A stretch of 64,000 nt of DNA from assembly GCA_963663765.2 (NCBI GenBank), contig CAXXUA010000006.1, positions 448,001-512,000 on the forward strand, read 5' to 3'. Below, piece after piece: positions 42,833-55,400 of this stretch. A program made the position numbers and the translations under genes. Below the pieces are notes generated by a model, which was not told the DNA's origin, did no database searches, and saw only the letters and a program-made list of their open reading frames with translations. Position 1 is the stretch's first letter, and each line of letters starts with the position of its first letter. The stretch is from Candidatus Poribacteria bacterium. Lineage in GTDB: Bacteria > Poribacteria > WGA-4E > WGA-3G.

Positions 42833-42969
42833 TATAGTGAAATATACAATTAAGTTTACACGTTTTCTGTAGGAGCGATCTCCGAATCGCGACTGAACGC
42901 CTTGATTGTCGGGAATCGGAGTTCCCTCCTACACCTGAAAGTGTAAAAATAATTCTAAAATCCACTATA
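42833..42969. mobile_element. 137-bp MITE with TATAGTG ends carrying a GTAG-type REP pair
   Basis: Left end TATAGTGAAATATACAATTAAGTTTACAC; right end (reverse complement) TATAGTGGATTTTAGAATTATTTTTACAC; internal GTAGGAGCGATCTCCGA...TCGGAGTTCCCTCCTAC. Confidence 0.7.
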
Positions 42970-43597
42970 AATTGACGCTTATGGGTGTCGCAAATTTTTC
43001 GCACAGAGTAGTCGGTTCGCAAAGTTTCTACAATTCCTCGTTTTTCTGCTGGAGCCAACTCAGCAAGGTTGAGACTTTTTTTGGATGTCCAAAGCAAGGG
43101 TCAACTTATCAACGAGTTGCTCAAGTTGAACAATCATCTGTTGAGACACGTGGGTCTGTTTATCAATAGGTTCAAAGAGGGTTGCTGCATTTTCAAGAAG
43201 TTGGCGTTTCCACTTTGAGAGTTGAACATCGCTGAGATTATGTTTACGACACAGTTCCGCTTGTGAACTTTGACCGCTAAGTGCCTCAATCACAACTTCA
43301 GCTTTAAATTCGGGTGTGAATCTTCTTCGTTTGGTCTCCATCGGATTCTCCTTTTAGTTTAGATTGATATTATATCACAATCTTATATTAGAACTTGTAG
43401 CGAGTAAGAGCTAAGAATTCAAAGTAAATGGAGATCTGAAGCAGTAAGAAAAGGATACAAATAATCTCTCTTTCTTTCCCAATTGACCACATCCTTATGT
43501 TTTACTCACTATGACTTCTTAGACAGTGTTCTGAATTTCCGATGGCTACAGTTCTAACTATAACTGAATTTGGGTCTAAAAAATGGATGGCACTTCA
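42970..43597 (-). mobile_element. Truncated IS3-family remnant (orfA intact, orfB cut short)
   Basis: orfA 43060-43341 (RRRFTPEFKAEVV...AELCRKHNL...WKRQ, HTH transposase-like); A7G slippery site at ~43075-43082; orfB start (YSVRKIC) ends at the MITE; possible left end TGAAGTGCCATCC at 43597. Confidence 0.75.
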
Positions 43598-43625
43598 TTA
43601 GTTAGACTATCGTAACATTGTTGTG

Positions 43626-45902
43626 TTAATATCTTGATTTTAATTTTCCCCACCGTGTAGTGAATCTATTTTTGGCAGAGATAAGACCTTTCAATCGGGT
43701 TGTAGTGAGCGTTTGACACAGTCCAGCAAAAGACACATCTTCAATTTGGTAGTAATACGCAATATTTGGTTTAGCAGTTGTGTCTGTCCATGTATATTCG
43801 TTGCGTTTGCCTGTAGTGCCAGCACCTTGGATAAGTTTCGGATTGACTTGTACAAACGGACCCTGTTTACATTGACTTCGCAGGATGTTGAAACCCGCAT
43901 TTTCAAGTTCTGATTCAGTAATCCAACTTATCGTAATTTGCCCATCTTTATTCAATTGAGGACGAAACGAAGATAGTGTAACAGGTAAAATTCCTTCTTC
44001 TTCATTCCTATAACCCGGATTTCCTATATCAGTATATCTTCCGTAATAATATTGAATTCTATCTTCAACCAGACCTTTTACTTTTTCAGCCGGAAACCAT
44101 CCAAATCCTTTTATGCTTAAGGTAAAATTATATTTTTTTGATCGAACGGATTTCAGTCTTCTAATCAAAGAAATTCTTTTTTTCCGAACAACCACAGGTA
44201 TGTCCCAAACAATCTCGTTTTCTTTGTTTAGGTTACCAATACGATCTATAGGATTACCTTCTACATCTTGTAATTCCAATACAAACCCCTCGTAATTCCA
44301 GAAGTTCTTTGGTGTTGATTGTAAAGCAAAAGTTTTCTCTGCTAAACCTTTAGAAATTCTATCTCTGGAATTCGGAATTGCAAAACTTACTACTAATATT
44401 GTTCCTTTACCTTTGATTGTAAAAGAAGATTCTGAAATAACCTGAGATTCTAATATATTAATTGTATTTGAATCATCTAAATATCTCCCGACAAGTTTCC
44501 ATCCATTAATATTAATTTCTTGATCCGTAGTATTATATAATTCGATCCATTGAGGATATCTATTTAACTGTGCTAACATCAATTCACTAAATACTACTTT
44601 ACCAACACCTTCCTTTTCATAATCAAAAGGAATTATAGTGTAATTTGGTGCAGGTTGTGGATCTGAGTCTAATGGTTGTAGTTCCTGTTGTTGCTGTGGA
44701 ATATCCGTATCAGGATCATCTGCTGGTGGTTCTTGTTCTTGCTGTGGAATCTGTTCTTCCTGTTGAGGTTGTTCTTGCTGTTCTTGTTCTTGTTCTTGTT
44801 GCTGTGGAGTCTGTTCTTCCTGTTGGGGTGGCAGCTCTTGTTGTTCTTGTTGTTCTTGTTGTTCTTGTTGCTCCTGTTGTTGAGGTGGTACATCTGTATC
44901 AGATCCATCTACTATCGGCTCCTGCTGGGATGGTTGTTCTTGTAATGATGGCAGGGGAGTAGGTCCTTCTGTAACCGTTACCCTAAAAGTTTCCGAGCTC
45001 GCATCTTGCATAATTACAATAACAAGGTATGTACCTGTGACAGATCCAGTTGTGAAAGTTGCCGAGGCTCTGCCATCGGCATCAGTTTTCGTGTAAAAGT
45101 CTGCGCCAAAATCGCCGCTTCCACTTAAGCCGCTTCCACTTAAAATATAAAACCTGATATCGTTTCCTGAGAGTTTGTTGTTATTTCTATCATACGCTTC
45201 TACGACAAACGGTTGAAGCCTTGTGTTGGTGTTTGCTGTTTGATGATCGCCTGATACCTTTTTTATGAATTTGATATAGAATATTACATTTGCACCTCTA
45301 TCTTTGAGTATTGGAATGTAGGTGTTCAGGGATGTGTCATCAAGCGGGTTTTCTTCCAAGTTAATATAAACATCATCTGTCAACTCAGTGTGATTGACTA
45401 AAGATTCAATATTGCTAATTTGGTTGAAATCAAAATGTAGTGCATACGTTGAACTTAGGTCTGGCAACCCATCCAGACTTGTAAGATTGTTGTGTTCAAG
45501 GTGTAGACTCTGTAAAGCAGCTATGTTGGAAAGTGCTGAAATGTCTGATATCTGGTTGTTAGCAAGGTGTAGATGTTCCAAACGGGTTAATTTAGATAAA
45601 GGTGTAAGATCTGATATTACGTTGCCATCAAGGTACACAGTTTGTAAGTTCGTAGCATATTCAAGTCCCGTCAAATCTCTAATATCCATATCATTTCCAA
45701 AAAGGAAGGTGAAATCATCATTCCTCATTTCTGCTTCGGTAATTATATTTCCAGGTTTCTTTGCAAGTGCTTGTTCCACTGCAACGCGAAGTCCGGGATC
45801 CGGAATGTTAACGGGTTGTGCCATTGTTTCAGATAAAAAAGATAATAAGATGAGTAGATAAACCGGAAAAGTAAAAGAAAAACGAATTGATTGTTTTTGC
45901 AT
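43626..45902 (-). CDS. Secreted protein: internalin-like LRR, Big-1-like Ig domain, Q/E-rich linker, lamin-tail-like domain, TTxWGxLK-type C-terminus
   Basis: Signal peptide; VNIPDPGLR cap and ISDLTPL LRRs; KVSGDHQT...TDADGRAS; FSELM...QWIELYN..INGWKL; LPVTLSSF...W.TESELENAGFNI...FTTRWGKLKSRY. ATG 45902 preferred over 45920. Confidence 0.8.
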   Translation of the reverse strand: MQKQSIRFSFTFPVYLLILLSFLSETMAQPVNIPDPGLRVAVEQALAKKPGNIITEAEMRNDDFTFLFGNDMDIRDLTGLEYATNLQTVYLDGNVISDLTPLSKLTRLEHLHLANNQISDISALSNIAALQSLHLEHNNLTSLDGLPDLSSTYALHFDFNQISNIESLVNHTELTDDVYINLEENPLDDTSLNTYIPILKDRGANVIFYIKFIKKVSGDHQTANTNTRLQPFVVEAYDRNNNKLSGNDIRFYILSGSGLSGSGDFGADFYTKTDADGRASATFTTGSVTGTYLVIVIMQDASSETFRVTVTEGPTPLPSLQEQPSQQEPIVDGSDTDVPPQQQEQQEQQEQQEQQELPPQQEEQTPQQQEQEQEQQEQPQQEEQIPQQEQEPPADDPDTDIPQQQQELQPLDSDPQPAPNYTIIPFDYEKEGVGKVVFSELMLAQLNRYPQWIELYNTTDQEININGWKLVGRYLDDSNTINILESQVISESSFTIKGKGTILVVSFAIPNSRDRISKGLAEKTFALQSTPKNFWNYEGFVLELQDVEGNPIDRIGNLNKENEIVWDIPVVVRKKRISLIRRLKSVRSKKYNFTLSIKGFGWFPAEKVKGLVEDRIQYYYGRYTDIGNPGYRNEEEGILPVTLSSFRPQLNKDGQITISWITESELENAGFNILRSQCKQGPFVQVNPKLIQGAGTTGKRNEYTWTDTTAKPNIAYYYQIEDVSFAGLCQTLTTTRLKGLISAKNRFTTRWGKLKSRY

Positions 45903-46016
45903 TAATTGACTCACCGACAACAGAAAAATAGGGTATTACCTAATTAACAATAACCTCCGAAGGTAGGTGCGTATTGAAACCGAGTTTACTGGCTACTTTT
46001 AGCTGAAAACCGATTG

Positions 46017-46257
46017 CTATTTCGCTATCAATATCTTCCACTGATATGTGTAATCGCCTGCCTTCAGTTCATAGAAATAAACACCATTTGCCACGCGTTC
46101 ACTGACAGCACTCCGACCATCCCAATGCGCCTCGCACGGTTAGGATCCGTAAAGAATCCAGCCTTTGCTGACCAAAGCCTTGTTGACACACAACGTTTCC
46201 ACTAATATCGTAGATCGTGATAGAAACATTAGTCGGTGATGCAAGTTGATAAGATAT
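46017..46257 (-). pseudogene. Frameshifted remnant of the conserved C-terminal domain
   Basis: Minus strand reads ISYQLASPTNVSITIYDISGNVV / AGFFTDPNRA / AHWDGRSAVSERVANGVYFYELKAGDYTYQWKILIAK* across two frameshifts. Confidence 0.85.
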
Positions 46258-46458
46258 CTTATGGGAAAACCACGCATCCTATCCGGACGGCATTCTGCCA
46301 AAACTATGCATTAATATAAATCCCTAACAAAATTAAATTTCAATATTTTTGATCAAAAACATTTGAAATTAAAACAATATTAGACTATTATAATAATTAA
46401 TGCAAATTAAATATTATAGACTACTATTTATTGCTTCTTATAGATTATCAATGGAAGG

Positions 46459-49400
46459 ATGTTATTTTTGAAATTATCTATATTAACTATTCTATTGTGT
46501 GCCTTGACAATTCTTAGCACAGCAGGAAATATAAGTATAACGCCCGTAGCATCCCGCACAGTGCAAGTGCGCGATGCAATCGTTAATGCGATACCGAATG
46601 TGAATACTTCAGCCGATGTTACCACAGCGCAGCTTGCCACCATTACCTCACTTGATTTACGCGGTAAAGGTATCACTGCGCTCCAATCAGGTGACTTTTC
46701 CGGGCTCACTTCACTTACGAACCTTAATTTATATAACAACGAACTGAGTAGTCTTCCAGATGGCATCTTTGAAGGACTGACTGCTCTGACAGCGCTCCGT
46801 TTAGGGAAGAACAAGGTTACTCCCTTACCCTTTACTGTGTCTCTTGAAAAAGTCGGAGATGGACAATTCAAGTCAGTCGTCCCCACAGGTGCGCCGTTTG
46901 ACATCGTGGTGCCGATTACTGCCACAAACGGCAGCATCAGCAGCGGGACAACCTCAGTCACGATCATCAAAGGTAGCACAACAAGCACTAGCCTGACCGT
47001 TACACGCACCGCTGGCACAACTGCCGTGGTATCCGTTGATATCGGTACACTCCCCACTCTGCCCATTAATCATTACGGTTATATGTTATCCAAATCTGAT
47101 ACTTTACCGGTGGAAGTTATTTCACGATTAGAAAACCCTCCCACAGAAGAAACACCAGACACAACAGAAACAGACGATAGCCCCGCACCAAACACCGCAC
47201 CGATATTTGTTGACGGTACTATCACGGTCCGATCAATTGCAGAGAATACGGCTGCGGATGTGGATATTGGCACTGCAGTGGGTGCAACGGATGTAGATGA
47301 GGATGCACTTACTTATACGCTGAGGGGCACTGATATGTCATCATTTACCATTGATAGCAGTTCGGGACAACTGAAAACAAAATCAGCGTTAGACTATGAA
47401 ACGAAACGAATATATACGGTAACAATCACTGCTTCTGATGGTAATCTAATTGCCACAATCTCTGTCATTATTAGCGTTATAGATGTTGCAGAGATGGCTT
47501 TAACGACGACATTCCTGACTGTAAGTAACCGCACACCAGCAGTCCGTGATGCGATCGTTACCGCTGTGCCGGGTATCAGCACAGCAGAAAATATAACTGT
47601 CGCACACCTTGCATCTATTACCTCACTTGATTTACGCGGTAAAGGTATCACTGTACTCCAATCAGGCGACTTTTCCGGGCTCACTTCACTTACGAACCTT
47701 AATTTATATGGCAACATGCTCAGCCGATTACCGATAGGTGTGTTTGAAGGATTGACTGTTCTGACAAGCCTCCGATTAGGCGGAAACCTCGTTGACCCGA
47801 TGCCGTTGATAGTGTCGTTGCAGCGGATCGGGATAGGTAGATTCAGAGCACTCATCCATACAGGGGCACCATTTGATGTCGTGCTGCTTATAAACAATGC
47901 GGATACAACAACGATCACAATTCCAAAAGGTAGTGTCCAAAGTCCTGTCTTTACATCAACATCGGCAAATGTGAGTATAGGTGCATTACCCTCACTCCCC
48001 GCAAATCATTACGGGTATATCCTTGCGAAATCCACTGCCTGCAACCGCACGTCTCAAGTAAGCGATGGTATTGTAGCAGCACTTTCAGATATAACTGACT
48101 GCCGAAACGTTACTGATGTTGACCTCGCCTCCATTACATCACTTAATTTGTCAAATGCATCTATCACATCGCTTGAGGCGGGCGATTTTGAAGGCATGTT
48201 ATTACTCACAACGCTTGACCTGAGCAATAACCAGTTGACCGAACTCCCCGATCACATTTTTGAGGGTTTGTTGTCATTGACACATCTTAATCTGAGCGGA
48301 AACGCGGCAGCACCTCTCTTGATACCTTATTCTTTAGAAAAGGTCGGCAGTAATCAATTCAAGGTAGTAGTGCCGACAGGCACACCGTTTAACATACAGA
48401 TGCCGATCAGTGTGACAAATGGCAGTGTTGCGGGTGACGTGAATGCTATCACACTTCCTGTCGGTACTATTCAGAGCATGCCATTTGCTGTTACTCGGAC
48501 ACCTAACACGATGGGTGCTGTTATGGTAGGCTTCGGAACGTTACCTAATCTACCAGCATCACATAGTGGTTATGCGCTTGCTAAATCTAATACGTTAGAG
48601 ATGTCCGGTGCTATTAATGTTGCCCCTGTGTTTACAGAAGGTACGACAACCATACGAAGTATTGCAGAGAACACGGCTGTAGGCACAAACATCGGTAATA
48701 CCATCAGTGCGACAGATGCCAACAACGATACTTTGACATATAGTTTGAGTGGGTCGGATGCAGCAGCGTTTGATATTGATAAATTAACTGGTCAATTGAA
48801 AACTAAGACTGCACTTGACTATGAAACGAAGAATTCCTATTCCGTAACAATCACCGTGAGTGATGGAACACTCACAGATACGATAGATGTCACCATCAAC
48901 ATCACAGATGTTGATGAGAACCGCGCCCCGGTCTTCACAGAAGGAGGCACCACGACACGCACCATTTCAGAAAACACCGATGCAGGTGTCAACATCGGTA
49001 ATCCTGTGAGTGCAACAGACCTTGATAAAGACACGCTCATCTACTCGCTTGTGGGAAATGCCGCAGCATTTGACATTGTTAGCACAACAGGACAGTTGAA
49101 AACAAAGGCTGCGCTTGATTATGAAACCCGAACCTCTTATTCAGTGTCGGTCAGTGTTACTGATGGAAAACTGACCGACACAATAGCCGTTACAATCAAC
49201 ATCACAGACGTAGACGAAACACCATTGAAAGCGGATGAGGTCGTCGTTCTACTTGATGAAGACGAAGATGATATTGTCGTAACCACTGATGACGATAAAG
49301 AGGAAACACCGACACCAAATAATGCACCTGTCTTCACAGATGGGAACAGCACCATGCGCTCTATAGCGGAAAATAGGGTTAGCGGAATGGATATTGGTAG

Positions 49401-52400
49401 TGCAGTATCTGCGACGGATGCGGATGGCGATACGTTAGCCTATACCTTCGGTGGAACAGATGCAAGTTCATTTACGATTGATAGCAGTTCAGGGCAATTG
49501 AGAACCGGGGAAGCATTGGATTTTGAAACGAAAAACGCTTATTCCGTTACTATTACCGTTTCTGATGGGAATGGTGGTAGCGATAGCATAAGTGTCACCA
49601 TTAACGTCACGGATGTAGATGAAGCACTGCCAAATAACGATCCTGTATTTACAGCGGGTGATAGAGTCAGCCGTTCTGTAGATGAGAATACCGGCTCAGG
49701 TGTGAACATCGGTGACCCAGTTTCTGCAACTGATGCGGATGATGATATACTCAGCTATAGTCTCGGTGGAACGGATTTCAGTTCATTTACGATTGATAGC
49801 AGTTCAGGCCAGTTGCGCACCTACGCATCGCTGGATTATGAGACCAAATCCACTTATTCAGTGACAATAAGTGTTTCTGATGGTAAGGGTGGTAGCGATT
49901 CGATCTTGGTTGCCATCAACATTACCAATGTAGACGAAACAGTGCCAAACAGTGCGCCTGTGTTCGCATTGGACAGTACCACGCGTTCAGTTGCGGAAAA
50001 TACGGCGGCAAATACAAACATTGGTGCTGCTATCACCGCAACAGATGACGACAACGATAGCTTGACTTACGGTCTTAACGGGACAGACGCGGCTTCTTTT
50101 AGTATTGATGTCAACACTGGACAACTGAAAACAAAGATAGACCTCAATCACGAAACAAAAGACTCCTATTTGGTAACCGTATCGGTTTCTGATGGCAAAG
50201 GTGGTACAGACAGCATTAGTGTCACGATTAATGTGTCAGATGTAAACGAATCCCCTGAGTTTACGGATGGTGCTACCACAACACGCGCCATTGCAGAGAA
50301 CGCCGGGGCAGGTGCCAACATCGGAATTGCTGTATCTGCAACCGATCCTGATGATGGGGAAACGCTCACCTACACGCTGGGCGTAACAGACGGTGCAGCT
50401 TTTGATATTGGTAATACGACTGGTCAGTTAAAAACGAAAGCAGCCCTTGATTACGAAACCAAAAACTCTTATTCAGTTATCATGATTGTATCTGATGGAA
50501 CACTTTCAGATACAATCATGGTAACAATTAACGTCACAAACTTGGACGAAACACCCTCCAACAATCCACCTGTTTTTACGGATGGGAATAGCACGATCCG
50601 CACGGTAGCAGAAAATACAGTGGCTGGCACAAATATCGGCACCCCTATTTCTGCAACCGATGTGGATAATAACACACTCACTTATCTACTGAGTGGGGAT
50701 GATGCCTCATCGTTTGGCATTGTTAGCACGACAGGGCAACTCCAAACCAGGGCATCACTCAACCACGAAATCAAAGACGAGTATGAGGTCATGGTCACCG
50801 TTTCTGATGGCAGCACTACCGATACTATCATGGTGACGATTAGCGTCACAGATGTCAACGAATCCCCCGTTTTTGTAAATGACAGCATAACACGATCTGT
50901 CGCAGAAAACACAGCTGCGAATACTAACATCGGCAGTGCCATTACCGCTACCGACCCCGATGGCAATAATTTGACGTATACACTCGGTGGTACCGATGCA
51001 ACGTCGTTTAATATTGATGAGGACACAGGCCAACTGAAAACAAAGGCAGCACTGGACTATGAAACCAAAAGAGTATATTCCGTCACTATCACTGCCAAAG
51101 ACGAAGACAACCTCAGCGAAAGTATCAACGTAACCATCAATATCACAGATGTAGACGAGAACCGGGCACCTGTGTTTACAGAAGGAGACAGCACCGCACG
51201 TTCTGTCGCAGAAAATACGGGGAGTGGTGTAAATATCGGCACACCTGTGTCCGCAACTGATGCGGATGGTGATACGCTTGAATATACGTTAAGTGGCACT
51301 GATGCGGCATCCTTTGATATTGATAGCATAACAGGGCAGCTCCGCACAAAGGCTGCGTTGGATTATGAAACGAAAGACACATATTCCGTAATAATAACTG
51401 CCTCTGACAGCAAACTTTCAGACACTATCACGGTAACGATTAATGTGACGAATGTTGATGAGAACCGTCCACCTGTGTTTTTGAGTGAAAGCACAACGCG
51501 TTCCGTTGCTGAAAATACAAGCTCTGGTATGGACATTGGCAGTGCCGTTTCGGCAAATGACCCCGATGGTGATGATTTGACATACACGCTCAGTGGCACA
51601 GATGCAACGTCGTTTGATATTGATGAGGACACAGGCCAACTCAAAACAAAGGCAGCACTGGACTATGAAACCAAAAGGTCATACGCCGTCACCATCACTG
51701 CCAAAGACGAAGACAATCTCAGCGATAGTATCAATGTAACCATTAATGTTACTAATGTAGACGAGAACCGGGCACCTGTATTTACAGAAGGTAGCAGCAC
51801 GACACGTTCTGTCGCAGAAAATACGGGGAGTGGTGTAAATATCGGCACACCTGTGTCCGCAACTGATGATGATCAAGATACACTTACTTACACACTCGGT
51901 GGTACTGATGTAGACTCCTTTGATATTGACACTGCCACAGCACAACTGAAAACAAAGAACGCATTAGATTATGAGATAAAGTCATCTTATTCACTCACTA
52001 TTACAGCAATGGATGGAAATAGCGGAGAAGATACCATTGATGTTACCATCAATGTCACCGATGCAAACGATCCACCCATTTTTACAGATGGAGATAGCAC
52101 CACACGTTCAATTGCAGAGAACACACCACGAAATAAAATTATCGGTGATAGGGTGGTAGCAACGGATGTAGATGGTGACAAAGTGACCTACAGTCTCAGT
52201 GGCACAGATATGAACTCGTTTGGGATCAGACCAAACATCGGACGATTGGTAACCAAGGCATCGCTTGACTTTGAAACAAAAAGCACGTACGAGGTGACTG
52301 TCACCGCATCCGATAGCAATGGTGGCATTGACACGATTGATGTGGCTATCCATGTCATTGATGTCAATGATGCCCCAGTGTTTACAGATGGAGATAGCAC

Positions 52401-55400
52401 CACACGTTCTGTCGCAGAAAATACTACGGCGGATACTGATATTGGTACACCTGTGTCCGCAACCGATGATGATCAAGATACGCTTACTTACATACTCGGT
52501 GGCACCGATGCAGCATCGTTTGATATCGTTAGCACAACAGGACAACTGAAAACAAAGAACGCTTTAGATCATGAGACAAAGTCGTCTTATACGATCACTA
52601 TCACCGTTGACGATCAAAACGGAGGTGAAGATACCATCAACGTCACGGTCAACATCACCGATGTAACAGAATCCTTGCTTGAAGGGCGTACCGGTGCGGT
52701 ACGTTCGGCTATATTAAGTAAATTGTCCGGTGTAGATGCCGATGACGTTACAGCAGAACACCTCGCATCAATTACCGAAATCGTTATTTCAACGCAATCA
52801 CCTAAACTTGGGGATTTTGATGGACTCGCAGGTTTGGTAAGGTTGTATATCGGACATAATCTGATACGTTCATTGCCGGCGGGTATTTTTGATGATCTCG
52901 TTAACCTGGAATATATTGGTCTGGGCCTCAATCTGTTTGAAACATTGCCGGGAGGTTTATTTGATAATAATACAAAACTGAAGACTATCCTTTTGGATAT
53001 TGGCGAGTTAAGATCGCTGCCGGGAGGTTTATTTGATAATAATACAGAGTTGACAAAGATTGATCTACACGATAACAAATTGTCATCATTACCGACAGGG
53101 TTCTTCAACAATAACACAGAACTGGTAACTCTCGATCTCAGTAGGAATCAGATACATTCATTACCAACAGGATTTTTTGACAATAATACCAAACTGGAAA
53201 ACCTACACCTTAATAGAAATGGGTTGCATTCATTGCCAAGCGGTATTTTTGATAAGCTTACTAAGCCGACATCCCTCAATCTTGATAGCAACAACTTAGA
53301 ATCGCTGCCTGCTGGTGTATTCGACACTCTCACGTTACTGAATACACTTGAACTCCGAGATAATAAGTTGACTACGTTACCAAACAACATTTTTGATAAA
53401 AACACGGCACTGACACATCTATATCTGCAAAGGAACGAATTGACTTCGTTGCCAAGCGGTGTTTTTGACAAGCTCACTAATCTAACCAGACTGGATCTGA
53501 ACAATAATGAATTGTCATCGTTTCCCACGGGTATCTTTGACAAACTGACTAACCTGACATTTCTCAAAATGTATGACAATGATTTTACTTCGTTGCCAAG
53601 TAGCATCTTTGACAAACTTATAAACCTGACAAGGCTTGATTTACGACAAAACGGGTTGACTTCGTTGCCGGACAATATATTTAAGGGACTCACAGAATTG
53701 AGCGAGGTGAAATTGGAATCTAATGCGGTGGACCCACTATCAGTGACTGTTTCTCTGGTTAAGGTAGAATCAGGTAAGTTCAAGACAACAGTTCATACCG
53801 GCGCACCATTTGATATAAACTTACCTATTACCGTTGTAAATGGAAGTCTCAGCGGTGGAACGACAAGTATTTCTATTTCCACCGGTAGCATTGAAAGTAA
53901 TACATATACGGTGACACGCACTACTGGCACAACGGGTGCTGTTACTGTGAATATTGGAACATTGCCAACAATACCCAGTGATCATTCCGGATATGCCCTA
54001 GTTAAACCCACAACAGGTTTGCCGTTAATAGTCATTGATGAAAATGTGGTGAATACAAAAGGCGCAAATATAGACGAAACGCCAATCAATCCGCCACTCA
54101 ACGGGCGCACACAACAGGTGCAGGATGCGATTGTTGCCGCTATTGATGGGATAGATTCTGCTGACGATGTGACAGCAGAACACCTCGCAGCAATTACATC
54201 ATTGTATCTAGATCAAAATTCGATCACCTCGCTAAAATCTGGTGATTTTGATGGACTAAGTGCTTTGTCAACTCTCACTCTGTCCGGCACGGGTTTGACC
54301 GCATTGCCTTCTGGTATTTTTGACAATAACACAGCACTGGAAACGCTCAATCTGTTCAACAACGATTTGACCTCATTGCCTTCCGGTATTTTTGACAATA
54401 ACACAGCACTGACAAGTATGCATCTGAACAATAATGCTTTGACCTCATTACCATCAGGTATTTTTGACAATAATACAGCACTGAATACGATCCGTCTGCA
54501 CCTAAACGATTTGACCTCATTGCCGTCAGGTATCTTTGACAATAATACAGCACTGAATACGATCAATCTGTCCAGCAACGGCACGGGTTTGGCGTCATTG
54601 CCCTCAGGTATTTTTGACAATAACACAGCACTGAAAACGATCAATCTGCACGACAACGGTTTGACCTCATTGCCTTCAGGTGTCTTTGACAATAACACAA
54701 CAGTGACAACGATCTATTTGTACGACAATGCTTTGACCTCGTTGCCTTCCGGTATTTTTGACAATAATACAGCACTGAAAACGATCTATTTAGCCGAGAA
54801 TTCTTTGACCTCATTATCTTCAGATGTCTTTGACAATAACACAGCAGTGACACGTATTGAGTTGTCCGGTAATTCTTTGACTTCATTGCCTTCAGGTGTC
54901 TTTGACAACAACACAGCAGTGACAACGATCCATCTGTACAATAATGCTTTGACCTCGTTGCCTTCCGGTATTTTTGACAATAACACAGCACTGAAAACGC
55001 TCTATCTGCAAATAAACGGTTTGACCTCATTGCCTTCCGGTATTTTTGACAATAACACAACACTGAAAACGCTCTATCTGCAAAACAACGAAATTAGCGA
55101 TGTCTCGGAACTTGAACATTTGACATCTCTAACGGATTTACAGATTGGTGGAAATCTAATTTCAGATTACGGGCCGCTTCGTAGACTCAGGGCAGCGAAT
55201 CCTGATATTAAGTTTGATATTGATATTGATAACAATCCTCCTGTCTTTACAGATGGCAGCAGTACTACCCGCTCCGTATCTGAGAATACTACTGCAGGAC
55301 AAAACATCGGCAGCGCCGTTACTGCCACAGATACGGACACCGAGAATACGCTTACCTATACGCTCGGTGGAACTGATGCATCATCATTCGATATTGTCAG

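Noticed and set aside
54295-55090. Diversity-generating retroelement acting on the LRRs
   Set aside because: No reverse transcriptase in the window, no non-coding template repeat found, and the differences are not obviously confined to adenines
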